The notes beneath the pieces were generated by a model. That model saw nothing but the letters and a program-made list of their open reading frames with translations. It was not told the DNA's origin and searched no databases. A stretch of 64,000 nucleotides of DNA from positions 1,860,001 through 1,924,000 of the forward strand of contig NC_134028.1 of NCBI RefSeq assembly GCF_964204645.1. Direction: 5' to 3'. Origin of the DNA: Tubulanus polymorphus. Taxonomy: Eukaryota > Animalia > Nemertea. The first letter of the stretch is position 1, and each line of letters starts with the position of its first letter. Position numbers and translations under genes: made by a program. This document shows, piece after piece, positions 43,201-54,459 of the stretch.

Positions 43201-46200
43201 ATGCCTGTTTGATATGGGCCCGACCAAAAATGTCAGATCACAGGCCCGATACAGGTCAGATATATGCTAATTGCTTCTCGAAGTAACTCACCTCGCTTAC
43301 CGCAGCATCGTTTTTATCTTATTTTATATTGATAGTATTTTAGTATCGAGTGAGTGATTTACGTGTGAATGCGCTCTCTAATTAGACACAGGCCAAATTT
43401 GACTCGGGTCTGATCCGGGCCAAATCGTCTCCGTGTGATCGAGGCTTTTGTTTATGAAAGTCTGACATCCATGATTATACAAAGAGTTAATATGAAGAAG
43501 CAGTAGTAAGAGAATAATGAAAACAACACGATCTATCTATCTATCTACCGATGTTGATAGAACAAGCAACAGGAAATAGAAGTTAAGATAACATGTACAT
43601 CATAATACATATAATATATATGAAACTCCTATTCTTGATAATCCTTTATAATCCATTATAAATGATACAAACAATGTGATGTATAATATTCATAGGCCTG
43701 TTATACAAAATTAAACCAGCTTAATTCAAACAGGAATCAACTCAGTCTGTTCTTCCTACAATGAACTGAAACACGTTTCAAATTTAACATGAATTTTTTT
43801 CCGATTTTATTAGGGGTTCACTGGTATAGCAGCTACAGATGATCCAGTACTGAAGAAGCTGCGTCTTGAAAAAGTATCACATCAATCCTCCTCCGAAGAA
43901 GCGTAACAGTTGCAAATTGACAGCAACCACTTCAGAGCTGAGAATTTAAGAGGGAACCCAGAAAGTTTTAAACCAAAATAGAAAACATCACTATAGTGTA
44001 TGTATGTATGTATGTAAAAACCATATAATGCCAAGGGCTGTTGTATGATGTATAACTTTTCCCCCTATTGCCTAAGATTACTACGAAAAGCCCCAGACAG
44101 GGTAACACAGGGTGGAGTTGTACTGCTGTGAATGTTGGTTAATAATGCCAACTTGTTTTGCCAACAACTAGAACTGGTTTATAATTTGTGAAAGTCGTTT
44201 TATTTGTTGAAAGATCAGTTTTTTATGAAAGCGGAAAATTACTGTATTCATGTATAGGCGTGTATTTGACTGGCAGTCTGATATTCCCAAGCTTCTAAAT
44301 TCAATGAATAGTTGCTTTCAGTTTTAGAAACAGCTGAATATCTAATTTCATCATTTTTTTTTGTAATCGTCATTGAAATTTGTTTCTTTTTTCTCAAACT
44401 GATAGCTGATATTTATAACTAGCCGCTGTTGGTAAAACACAGGTATCTTCTCCTAGAGTTAAACACTGAACTCCCACCAGAATTCCAAGACAATGAATGA
44501 ACCACTGAGTGCTGATGGTATCTCAAGGGATGGTGTTACTCAGCAACAACCACTACAACTCTGCCATCTTTATGCAATACATATAATATATGAAAATTGA
44601 AGGCAGACATACTCATTTTTTATCTGCACCTACGAAACTAGTAAATGAAAGGAATCACGGATGTCTTATTTATACACCCATGGTAACATTTTGCATAAGT
44701 GGAACTTTTAAAAGTCTTTGAACTTTTTAAATTAACCACACATAAAAGGTAGACCTAATTCCTCTACAGTTTCATCTTCTAGTGGTGTCACTGATTAAGA
44801 GCAAATAGTATAGGTCAAGCTGAATGACTTAGTTAGTTACCTGTCGAATAGAAGACCTACTTGAAAAAAAAATATGTTCAACCAGAATTCCATGTGAACA
44901 GTCTAGCTCAAAAGACTGACTAAAACTCATAATGAATATCGGCACTTTATTTTTGTCAAAATAAATAGCGTGTAAAGCATCTGTTTTCAGGATTAAAGTA
45001 AAATATATTCCTTGTAACTTTCATTTTCCCATACACCTACACCTTATACAACGACCATATTGGATTTTGGATTTTTTTTTTTCATAATCCAATCATCAAT
45101 AGATAATTCAACAGATGGTTGAGACTTGTAAATATTGGGTCACACATTTTTTGTAGAGTACATACGAGTAACCTCGAATGATTTTCAGACAATTGTTATA
45201 GTACGGTGTTCTCGACTCAGGCACTACCATGCTTTATACCTTCAATGATTTATAACTGACAAAAAAGTTTAGTCTGTGAGGATCACAAATAATTCACTGG
45301 TATATCTTACACCGAGTCTTTGCTGAATAAATTTCAGGATAACTTCATAACTTTAGGCGGATGATTATGATATTTGTCTAGTTTACCTATGAATCTTGTT
45401 GCTTTGAAGACTGCAAACAATGCAAGCGTTATAAAAATACCTGTAACAACAGGTGGCATAACTCTTAACATACATAACCCAATTTCATAACAACAACACC
45501 AACAGTACCAGCGCTGTAAGGCGTCAAAAGCGGTTTAAAAGTAAGTACAAAGGATAAGAAAATTTAAATCTCCAGTCTAGAAAAGCAAATTGGAAAAACT
45601 ATGTGGACGATAAGATTATGTAAATTCTGGCTATTCAATACGATTTAATCAAACTCTCTTTACCAGAAACTGAATAGATTCTAAACTAAATGCAAAAAAA
45701 TGCTTGCATTCAAATTTTCAACACGAGCATTTAGCGTTTAACAGCCTACTATATGGAACTCTTATAATATAGACTTAACTGTCAGCACCAATATACTAAT
45801 CATTAACAACTCGCTCGCCTCAAACAAACTAGCCTCATCACATTATTTTACCTCTGCACATTCTTCAGGTAGCCAGAAACCTTGGTTTTTTTTAGTTTAT
45901 GTCAGTTGCGGCACTTATCTGACCCAATAGAAACATTTTCAATGGCAACATACAACGAAAAAAGTCTTGGAACTGGAATTTGGTGAGCTGTACGTGTAGT
46001 AAAGCACTGATTAGGTCGCTAGAATTGCTTAGATGGACTGACAATATAGAGGCTTCCATTTTCTCATCACATCAAATATTAACAATAAACAATTAACTTT
46101 TGATACTGTATATACTACTTTATTACTTGAAGATACATCAAAAATTGGGCTAACTCAAAGAAAATGTGAACATGGTATACAGGCCTAAGGCTATTGATGT

Positions 46201-48369
46201 TGAGATCTGTCACAACCTATAGGAACAAAATACGGATAATACCGAAAAGTTTTGATAATACTAAATATATAGAAGCTATGTTAAACCTATGAGATTGATT
46301 CTTAAACGAAATAAAACTTTACATAACACGCAACATTTGAGAGAGCAATGACATAAAGAAAACATGAAGCAAACCAAACATTTACAGCCTCGTAAAGTCT
46401 GGTATCTATTAACATTTCCATCGGAAAAACTCAGTGGTTCTTGTATCCGACGAGTGTAACGAAGAAGAATTCCAACGAGAGAACGTTCAAAGAATAATTA
46501 TACAAGAGCTATCCTCCCAGCGTGTCGGGTTAATAGAGAAATAGCCTCAGATAATTAGTTCAGATTATTCTCAGGAATAGGCTATCAGCTACCCATCGAA
46601 AAGTCACTGCTAGAGGGCTGGATACCTGAATAATTTGGATGAAATCATTGTACAGCTTTCTATCTCAGTCATAGATCAGCTCACTCAGTTATAGTTGTGT
46701 CAATGGTTAAAAAAATTCATGACATCAAAAGACTAATTTCCATTTCTGAAATCTCTTTCATTGCCTTCGATTTATTTCTCATAAATGTCTTTTCAACGAC
46801 AGAACATTTTGCTAACTGCATAGAATCAAGTAAATGTACTAATGACCACTCTGAACTAATTAAGCCAATTAACTTTGCGGCTAATTAGCACAGATTTGCA
46901 TAAGGCTTCCCATATATTTTACTGGTTTTACTGGAGCAAACTGAACAACCTTGAGTATATATACCAACCCAGAGATCGTATAATGTAGCCCAGCTCATAT
47001 TGATAACAGCTGTGAGCTTGAAACTATTTAACTCTCTCTACCTGAATCGGGTAACAGGCTACTATCACCGAGATTCCATTATAACGAATGATTTAGAATT
47101 GCAGCATCAGAGGGAAACATTTTTCAGTGGTAGCTAGAAAATTGTGCTGTCTCATTATTTTCCAGACTCGTTCCTCTATTCAAAATCTTAAAATTGAAAA
47201 CCTTGTTTTGCTCCTGGCAGGTGTGATGGGTTTGGTGGGTTTGTAAGGGACACCTTATCAGACAATAAATAAATAACAGGGTCAATCCGGATTCTAAGAT
47301 CAGAAAGAATTGAAAACCTTTGATATGAGTGACAATATTAGATCATTTCATTCACTCAGATAGTGAAATCTCTTGCGTAAAAACCCCTGACTCACCCTCC
47401 ATTCAATCTATCGCGGAGGATGCTAAGATTATTCTGATCAGAGGTCTAGTAGTTAATGTAACATGATTCACCAACTTGTTTTTAACCGAATGGAATAATC
47501 TATTTTGGTATCGGAATTAAATATCACTGCTGCGATCTCAGTCTGCACCATGTTCTGCCTTTTGCTTCAATACTTTGGAGGAGTTAATAAAGACCGTACT
47601 GGAAATACTCAAGATTTACTGACTGCAAGATTCACAGATTCCACATTTAGAAATCTACAATCCTTAATGAATTACAATTTAATCACTAGGCTGAATTTAC
47701 TTCAACAGCTGACAGGGAAAGTATTCAGCATTTCAGAAGTAATTATTAAGTGACTTAAGTCATTTAATAGGTTTATAATCATAGCCAAACTCAATATTAT
47801 AAACCAAATCCACTTTCTATGAAATAACATGGAGCTCAATTGGATATGAACAAAGGAAGCCCTGGGGGCATCATTATTGGGTTTGACACATTTTGACAAT
47901 TGGGTCTTTGACTTATTTAGTTATAGAATGGGTTGTATTTGTAATACCACAGCAACAACCCAGCTATGCCCGGCGCTAAAGATAAATACAGCTATTAATT
48001 CTAAAATCTGCACAAAATCCTAAAAATTAAACATTAGAAATAGGCACGAATAAATGAAATAGTGATGGAACAATATTTTACGACTAAATATGATACATCA
48101 TGTGTGGCCCAATTATCGAGGTGTTACAGCAGAATAGACCAAACAAGATTTTCACGTGAAAAATGTCAATCCCGGGGACCAAGGTCCAGTTTTAATCCAC
48201 CCCCTAGGTTTGCATATATACATAATCTATTGTCGTTAAATGATCTTACCTTTGATATGTAGATGCGTTCGTCATTCTCCGCGCCTCCCTGTATTCTAAA
48301 TCCCCATGGTGCTCCACCGTACAAAGTGACAACATAGGCCATCTTGATAACCGGGGACGGTGAGGACAT
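4255..48369 (-). CDS. SORBS: Sorbin and SH3 domain-containing protein (CAP/vinexin/SORBS family), long PDZ-containing isoform, ~1628 aa
   Basis: In-phase GT-AG exon chain, 5'->3' on minus: 48250-48369, 37814-37965, 34766-34986, 34089-34187, 33549-33602, 32235-32471, 31191-31343, 30656-30754, 28084-28599, 26763-26972, 26368-26579, 26040-26217, 23457-23650, 23304-23379, 22379-22531, 21153-21236, 20990-21074, 20326-20443, 20101-20169, 18306-18355, 16023-16177, 7752-7882, 7542-7627, 7322-7459, 7125-7239, 6939-7049, 6647-6845, 5218-5914, 4694-4860, 4255-4262. Total is 4887 nt, divisible by 3, ending ...YVERLRD*. It contains SoHo, the [13 protein letters not shown] motif and three SH3 domains. Some small middle exons are less certain or are cassettes. 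Confidence 0.9.
4525..4627. mobile_element. hAT-like non-autonomous element end
   Basis: Repeated aaattccctga / ttttccag subterminal motifs ending in ccagtgttaaccctg (CAGGG terminus on minus). Confidence 0.45.
4694..7459 (-). CDS. Three C-terminal SH3 domains of SORBS/CAP
   Basis: SH3-1 is [52 protein letters not shown]3-2 is [53 protein letters not shown]3-3 is [55 protein letters not shown], with the SORBS-typical [10 protein letters not shown] and GTFPGNYV. Confidence 0.95.
4980..5173. mobile_element. hAT-like MITE remnant
   Basis: Imperfect TIRs caggggtggattcag / ctggatccgccctg with internal aaaagggcactt-type repeats. No clear TSD. Confidence 0.55.
8143..8280. mobile_element. Short MITE of a family with GGGCC(C)AGTT(C/T)CAC-type termini
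   Basis: gccagttccatag ... ctgtggaatcgggccc, with internal taagaccagtct repeats. Similar termini occur at ~24748-24843, ~28740-28850 and ~57710-57792. Confidence 0.5.
8349..12393 (-). CDS. Giant (~4 kb) alternative exon of the SORBS/CAP gene
   Basis: An uninterrupted 1365-codon ORF (8341-12438) has a phase-1 donor CAG|gttact at 8349 that joins exon 7882 in frame. The 5' boundary is uncertain: either ATG 12393 (aaaATG, MQQPFSP) or acceptor ttttctcctag at 12370. Confidence 0.85.
20535..20921. mobile_element. PIF/Harbinger (Tourist-like) MITE, 387 bp
   Basis: Perfect 43-bp TIRs agcctagcgcacatcgacactgcgattggagacaactagttgc (20535-20577 / 20879-20921), flanked by TAA on both sides. Internal gcacatcga subrepeats are present. 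Confidence 0.88.
23304..23650 (-). CDS. SoHo (sorbin homology) domain exons
   Basis: [23 protein letters not shown]|[21 protein letters not shown] matches the SoHo pattern KAPHYPGIGPVDESGIP...DWYK.MFKQIH. Exons are 23457-23650 and 23304-23379. Confidence 0.93.
26261..26345. repeat. 39-bp tandem duplication in intron
   Basis: ggattatgcaggtctgattgtatcaggatggactgatta is repeated about twice. Confidence 0.85.
30923..31061. mobile_element. piggyBac-like MITE remnant
   Basis: Left end TTAA-ccctttcagtgc, degenerate right end gcattgaaaggc, and internal palindromic repeats. Confidence 0.45.
35997..36028 (-). CDS. Alternative first coding exon [10 protein letters not shown] (putative N-myristoylation plus palmitoylation signal)
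   Basis: ATG at 36028 lies inside exon 35997-36095 (acceptor ttttcag, donor AG|gtaagg). The exon ends in phase 2, the same as PDZ exon 2, so it joins exon 34986 in frame. Confidence 0.7.
37160..37288. mobile_element. Penelope-like retroelement pLTR remnant with inverted partial copy
   Basis: Carries the hammerhead motif and a perfect 15-bp inverted repeat, attagccatcatcag (37254-37268) / ctgatgatggctaat (37274-37288). Segment 37168-37240 is homologous to 59823-59893. Confidence 0.5.
37232..37272 (-). ncRNA. Minimal hammerhead-ribozyme-like motif (Penelope-like element type)
   Basis: The minus strand reads cgc-CTGATGA-T-GGCTAA-tagtct-TTAGCC-GAAA-CGTT-gcg. This gives the CUGAUGA and GAAA core, a 6-bp stem II, a palindromic minimal stem III and a short stem I. 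Confidence 0.55.
37814..48369 (-). CDS. N-terminal PDZ domain (exons 48250-48369 and 37814-37965) of the SORBS/CAP gene
   Basis: [40 protein letters not shown]|[51 protein letters not shown]. This has the PWGFR-type (ALP/Enigma/synaptopodin-2) PDZ signature and canonical splice sites. Confidence 0.9.
38944..39117. mobile_element. Degenerate Tc1/pogo-type MITE
   Basis: Repeated taatcc(a/g)ga subterminal motifs between a cagtc... start and a ...gcggattccag..tgta end. Confidence 0.4.
43215..43446. mobile_element. Related MITE copy (family of 58409-58530)
   Basis: gggccaaatcgtctccgtgtgatcgaggct is the reverse complement of the 58409 left end, and ggcccgaccaaaaa is shared. Confidence 0.6.
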
Positions 48370-48399
48370 GGCGGGTCGTTTCGGAACCCGGGCGCGGGA

Positions 48400-49050
48400 A
48401 TCACGAAATAGTAAAAATAGCGGCCGAAAATTCCAAACTCGTCGTCATCACTCAGAAAATGCCTTGTTGCACTGCGTGTTTCAGTTGATAAACCAGAGAT
48501 CGGATAAAACGAGATTTGATTGTTTTTTTTTCGGAGATGATATTTATTAGCTATAAAATGTCCCGGTCGCTTCTCTGCTCATTCAGTCACACACTGACTC
48601 GTCCTATAAACAAAACCAAAAACTAGCATCCTAACTATATAACACTCTAGTCGCCTACTAGTTATTAACGAACCGATTTATTTTCATAGACAACACAGTA
48701 GTTGGCACCAATGCCATCTAGCCGGTTGCTGATAAAGTGGATGGGAGGCTAGCGCACTATTTCAGTTCACGTGCGCAGTAATCTACTACTACGAACCGAT
48801 TCATTCATAAAAACTCAATGACGTCAGACGTAAACAATAATATCAGCACGTGGTTGACCGGCATGGCAGATAAACGTGCACTTTTACTGATTTCAACAAC
48901 TATCTGTATAACAATATACACACAATATAACAGTTTTCGCTAGATTCCGATCATTCATTTAAATGCTAGTCATATTTAAAGAATTTCTTCCAATGTTGGC
49001 CACATCGCCGTTTCGTTTCGGTACGACAAGTCTTCAAGTTAAACACTTGC
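48400..49050. promoter_or_regulatory. Putative bidirectional promoter region, SORBS/CAP <-> PMS2
   Basis: The two genes are head-to-head, with ATGs at 48369 and 49566. The region has a CRE TGACGTCA (48819-48826), E-boxes CACGTG (48768, 48847) and a direct repeat acgaaccgatt (48668, 48791). Confidence 0.55.
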
Positions 49051-49565
49051 CAGAGTAAGCTGTTCTGATGACGCTTCAAATTCAAACTTAATTCAAAGGA
49101 TTTTAGTTCGCATTTCAAATAGGTTTTGCTAATGTTATCAGCTTCAGATAATCTGAACCTCTCATCCCAAATACTAGATTCACTCTTTGTTGAATCTGTT
49201 TCAGGTATTTCCTCTGTTTCCCTCTTATATACATGTATAGATTAGATTTTTAGTGGAGAACCAGTTATTTACTCGCATGCCATAGTATGTCGATACGTAT
49301 ATATTTTTCCTAGGTGAAAAAAGGACATGAGCTGTAATAATGTCTTGTTTTTTACTCTAATGGACATAGAATCTGGCTAGTTACGAATATTCTTTCAATA
49401 TTTTTCCTTGTTAGTTACATAATCGTTGGTGGTAAGCTTTTTATAATCGGATGGGCTTATAATACTGTGGTTTGTGAAAATATCCGATCGTGAAACCACA
49501 GGCCGGGGAGGTTACTGACTATATTTTTCCATGATCATTTAATTTCAGATTACTGATCTAAGATC

Positions 49566-52500
49566 ATGGTTTCGATTCAAGCAATTGATAAAACTTCAGT
49601 GCATCGCATCTGTTCTGGTCAAGTAATTCTGAATTTAGCCACTGCAGTCAAAGAATTAGTTGAAAATAGTATAGATGCTGGGTCTAATAATATTGGTGAG
49701 GATATGTTGGACCATCATCGGACAACAGAAAAAATGATACTTAAGTTTTTTCCATGTTCGTTCAACTTCTTGAAAATTCATGCATTTTAGATGTGCGCCT
49801 GAAGGAATATGGGTCGGAGTCTATCGAAATAGTTGATAATGGAAGCGGTGTTGAAGAAAAGAATTTCCAAGCATTAAGTACATATCTCATTTCTAAGAAT
49901 GGCGCATTTTTTTCATTAACTTCTGTAGAAGTTTAGATTTCAACTTTCAGCATTGAAACATCATACCTCGAAGTTGAAAGATTTCTCAGATCTGGTCAGT
50001 GTCGATACATTCGGATTTAGAGGTGAAGCTCTCAGTTCTTTGTGCGCTTTGAGGTAAAATTTCGTGAGAATTCCTCGTCAAAAATCAGACACTCGTTGAT
50101 AGGGGCTACGTCTATTTTCAGAGGTCATGTATATTTGAATATGTATGTTTTCAGTCAGGTTTCGGTTGTTACTTGTCACAAATCGGCGACTAATGGAACA
50201 AAACTAGAATTTAACCATGCTGGATGTATAGTACGACAAATTCCCTGCGCTAGACAAGTTAGTATTTTCTTATAACCAGAAATAAATTTGCATAATATTG
50301 CTTGTCTCCTTGAAGATCATCGTATTCTGTGTTTGCTTACAGCATGGGACGTCAGTGACTGTTCAGAATATTTTCTCTACACTACCTGTACGTCATAAAG
50401 AATTTCAGCGAAATATCAAGAAAGAGTTCATCAAAATGACGCAAGTTTTAACGGCTTATTGCCTGATATCGAACAACATTCGAATTCACTGCACAAACAT
50501 CAACGGTAAAAAGTACGTAAAAGTCTCTTATCCTTTCAACTTCATAATTATCAATGAAATTACACTTTTTACTGTCTTTCGGTAGGAAAACGTCTATAGT
50601 TTGTACAAATGGAAACAAAACTGTCAAAGAAAATGTTACAAATGTATTCGGACCTAAACAGGTAAATCAAATTGAGATTCACTGGCGCTAAACAGGTAGA
50701 TTAAATCGAGGACTGGATGTTTATATGAAAATTGTCATTTTGAAATCTTTTCAGATTGCGTCACTTATCGAGTTTGTTCAGTGTTTACCTGATGATGAGA
50801 TATGTCAGGATATGGGTGTCAGTTCTGTAACAGATGAGTCCGGTGGAAATTCAGTATTCAAGTAATTAAAGTTTTGTTCAAAGTCCATCAAAATGGCAAA
50901 TCCCGCAATCTCGATAATTTCAATTAGAGCTTTTTTCTTCAGTCTAAAATAATCTTAGATTCTGATATTTAGGATAGAGGGCTATGTGTCGTCCTGTGAA
51001 CATGGCAAAGGTAGAAGTAGTGCAGATCGTCAATTCTTTTATGTGAATAAAAGACCATGTGACTTGTTGAAGGTATGTCTATATATAATTTCATCATCAT
51101 CATACCTGTAAATGATTTGGATAATGGATGAATTGATTTTTGATTTTAGGTTTCTAGGTTACTGAATGAAGTATATCATATATATAATCGTCATCAATAT
51201 CCATTTGTATTACTAGATATTTCACTAGACAAAGGTATTTAAATATTTTACCTTCATCATAAATCATTCAGTAAGAGTATAGTAGCAGTAGTTCTAGTAT
51301 GTAATTTGTTTGCTTGTATTCAGAATCTGTTGACGTGAATGTGACTCCCGACAAGAGGCAGATTTTCATCGAGCATGAAAAACTTTTGTTAGCAATTATC
51401 AAGGTAAGTTAATATTTATGAGAAATGTTCCATATTCACCTATAAACAGATTTATGATTTAGATGTTCCCCTATTTCAGGCGTCTTTGATACAGATGTTC
51501 GAACCGTTGACCTCAGTATATGAAGTGAAGAAGATTGAATTACCATCCAGATCAAATTTAGATTCTAAAAAATTAGACTACAAAAATGATGCTAAAAATA
51601 CGAATGAAAGGTAGATATATTACAAGGTTGAAATCATAGAGAAAATGTACCTGATCGGACAGGTATGTCCAATTTACAGCTTTTATTGTTCCTTTAGGGC
51701 AGAAAATTCAGAAAATATATTCAATAAACTTAAGAGGACTTTCGCAAAGGCATTTTCAAAACAGGAAGATATGAACAAAAATGGCAATACCTCCAAACGT
51801 AAGTTTAGTTTTTAGATTGCATGCTACGTAAGTTATAGGATTTCTCATACGTGTGATTGTTATTTTTCAGAGCCAAAGCTGGAAGTTTTTTTCGAAAATA
51901 AGACGTCCAAAACCTCTTCTTCATCTGTATATTCAACTAATTCACCTGCAGCACAAGTTAGGGTGGTGAAAGATGAAAGTAATTCTGATGTAGGACTGAG
52001 TTCTTCATTTATTCAGTACGAGGACGCTTCTGTTTTATCAGGATCGAATTACTGTTCTGAGATGTCGGAATTGAAAAATCTAGTCGAAGAAGATGGTACT
52101 GTAAATCATCATACAGAAATCTCAGGAAATTTACTCGTTGAAGATGGTTCTCAGAAATTAAGCGGTTCAACAAACTTTAACGAAAATAGTGGAAACGTTC
52201 AATCAAGTTTAGATTGCCCTGGTGATTATACAAACTGTTGTAGTCAATTATCCACAAAATGTGATTCAGAATTAATTGAAGCACCAGCTTTAGTTACACA
52301 CACTCCAACAGTGAATTCTCCTCGTAAAACTGAATCAAATATTCAAGTCGATTTAGCAATCTCGTCAGATTTAGTGCCTGTAGATTTTTGCGGTGGTGTA
52401 GAAAAAGAAAGAGGGGAAATTATTGATGAAGACTCATCAGTGAGTGATTTCAGAGGTGATGAAATGAGTGATTTTGTGTCTGGTGATTCAACGCGCTACA

Positions 52501-54459
52501 TCTCAGAAGTGAAAGTGATAAAGGCTGCTTTAGATGGCTCTGGTGATGGGAATAACGAATGCAATACTGATACCTTAATCCAATATGTTAGTAATGATAT
52601 TTTTCGATTGACAGACTGAAAAATGAAGAAGAATTTTTATAGAATTATCTTGCTTTCTCAGGATGAAGGAAATAGGTCGCGTAGGAAAGTAAAAACGATA
52701 CCATTTTCATGGTCGAAAATGAAGGAAAAAATTAATTCAGCGCGAAAACAGAGTAAGATCGAATATTTATGAATATTTCGACTCAGTTAAACTTTTCATC
52801 TTCGTAATATTTCTTTTGTTTTTTCCTATGACAGAGGAGAGGAATCTTGAGGAGAGCAAGTCGCCCGAAGTGACCCGACTCTTTCGTGCTAAAATCAATC
52901 CTTCTGACAATAAGAATGCCGAAGAAGAACTTGCGAAGCAAGTCAGGTATTGTATCCATTGTTGTTTCGCGAATCAAAATCTAAAAACCTAAGAAAACGA
53001 ATTGCAGATCTTTTCATGTTTGATTTTAGTAAGGATATGTTCTCAAAAATGGAAGTACTTGGTCAGGTTAGTAGTTACGTTTTATAACCTCTTATTCAAG
53101 AGATTTCTTTTTCCAAAGTGTATATATTTCCTTTGGCCGGGTCTCTGTTTTAGTTCAATCTTGGATTCATCATAGCCAAACACGGTGATGATCTGTTCAT
53201 AGTCGACCAACATGCTACAGACGAAAAATATAATTTCGAAACGTTGCAAAAGGAAAGTTCTGTCCAAGGTCAAAGACTTATTCAGTAAGTTATCAGAAGA
53301 ATTTACTAGATCCACCAAAAGTTTCTATTTTCAAATTTAGTTTTCTGATCTATTTTCAGACCACTGCCTTTGGAACTGACTGCAATAAATGAATCTATAG
53401 TTATTGATAATTTAGACATATTCCGGAAGAACGGATTCGAATTTCAGATCAATGAAGCCGGTAAATGAATAGATTTATAGCTGCGTTAAAACGTTATCTT
53501 ATCATTGTCATCATCAACGTTCTTATTCTAATGCTGTGAACTTTCAGCACCATCGACCGAAAAGGTTAGATTAGTCTCAGCTCCAGTTCTGAAGAACTAC
53601 CATTTCGGAAAAGAAGGTAAATCATGTGAGGTATTGTTGCCCATCTGAGCAAGAATTGACTTTCATATGTAATAAATCAATTTGTTTCAGATGTTGATGA
53701 GATGATATTCATGTTAAGTTATTCTCCAGTGAGTACCCATGTATAACTAGTGATTCATTGTGAATTCTAAATTTACTCCAGCTATCATGTTTATAGTCAA
53801 TTAATTGTCTATTACAGACAGCTAAACCTACAATAACACGATTCTTTGATTATATTAGATATTTGAGATGGCCTCCACTTTAGAGCTAATGGAGAACATG
53901 CTAAGATTTATATACATTCATACATCTCACCGTAGACTTTGAAGAATCATTAATGCATTTTCTTTTTTGATCTTTGAAAAACCTTAGATTAAAAATGGAA
54001 GACTTTTCAATCGAAGAGTTGGGAATTTTTGCGTCAATTACTATTGCTACGTTGCGTTTGTGTTTCGGTGACACTCCAAGCATACATGTTAAATCTCTAT
54101 TCATTAATAGGGAGCTATGTGCCGACCCTCCAGGGTAAGACAGATATTCGCGTCTAAAGCTTGTCGTAAATCGATTATGATTGGAACGGCGCTGACGAAA
54201 CCAGAGATGAAGAAATTGTTGAATCACATGAGTGAAATAGAACAACCTTGGGTACGTTAGAATCAATAGAAAGGGAAGACTAATAGGTTTGATTATGACT
54301 AAACCGAAGAGTACTTTTGCAGTTAACACAGCATCATTAGTCTTTCTATCTGTCTTTCTACCTATCAGATACCTATCTATCCTGCTTTATTTGCAGAACT
54401 GTCCTCATGGTCGACCTACAATGAGACATCTCATCAACCTACGCATGTTACCTACTTAA
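49566..54459 (+). CDS. PMS2: Mismatch repair endonuclease PMS2 (MutL homolog), ~923 aa, 22 coding exons
   Basis: Exons: 49566-49695, 49791-49877, 49951-50053, 50155-50257, 50343-50512, 50586-50661, 50755-50861, 50973-51072, 51150-51234, 51324-51403, 51480-51610, 51698-51798, 51871-52586, 52662-52752, 52835-52946, 53030-53066, 53154-53284, 53360-53460, 53548-53616, 53691-53728, 54111-54251, 54397-54459 (2772 nt). Motifs: [58 protein letters not shown] (endonuclease), [20 protein letters not shown]. Confidence 0.97.

Noticed and set aside
53901-54329. 142-aa minus-strand ORF
   Set aside because: It is antisense to PMS2 exon 21 and shows no independent coding signal.
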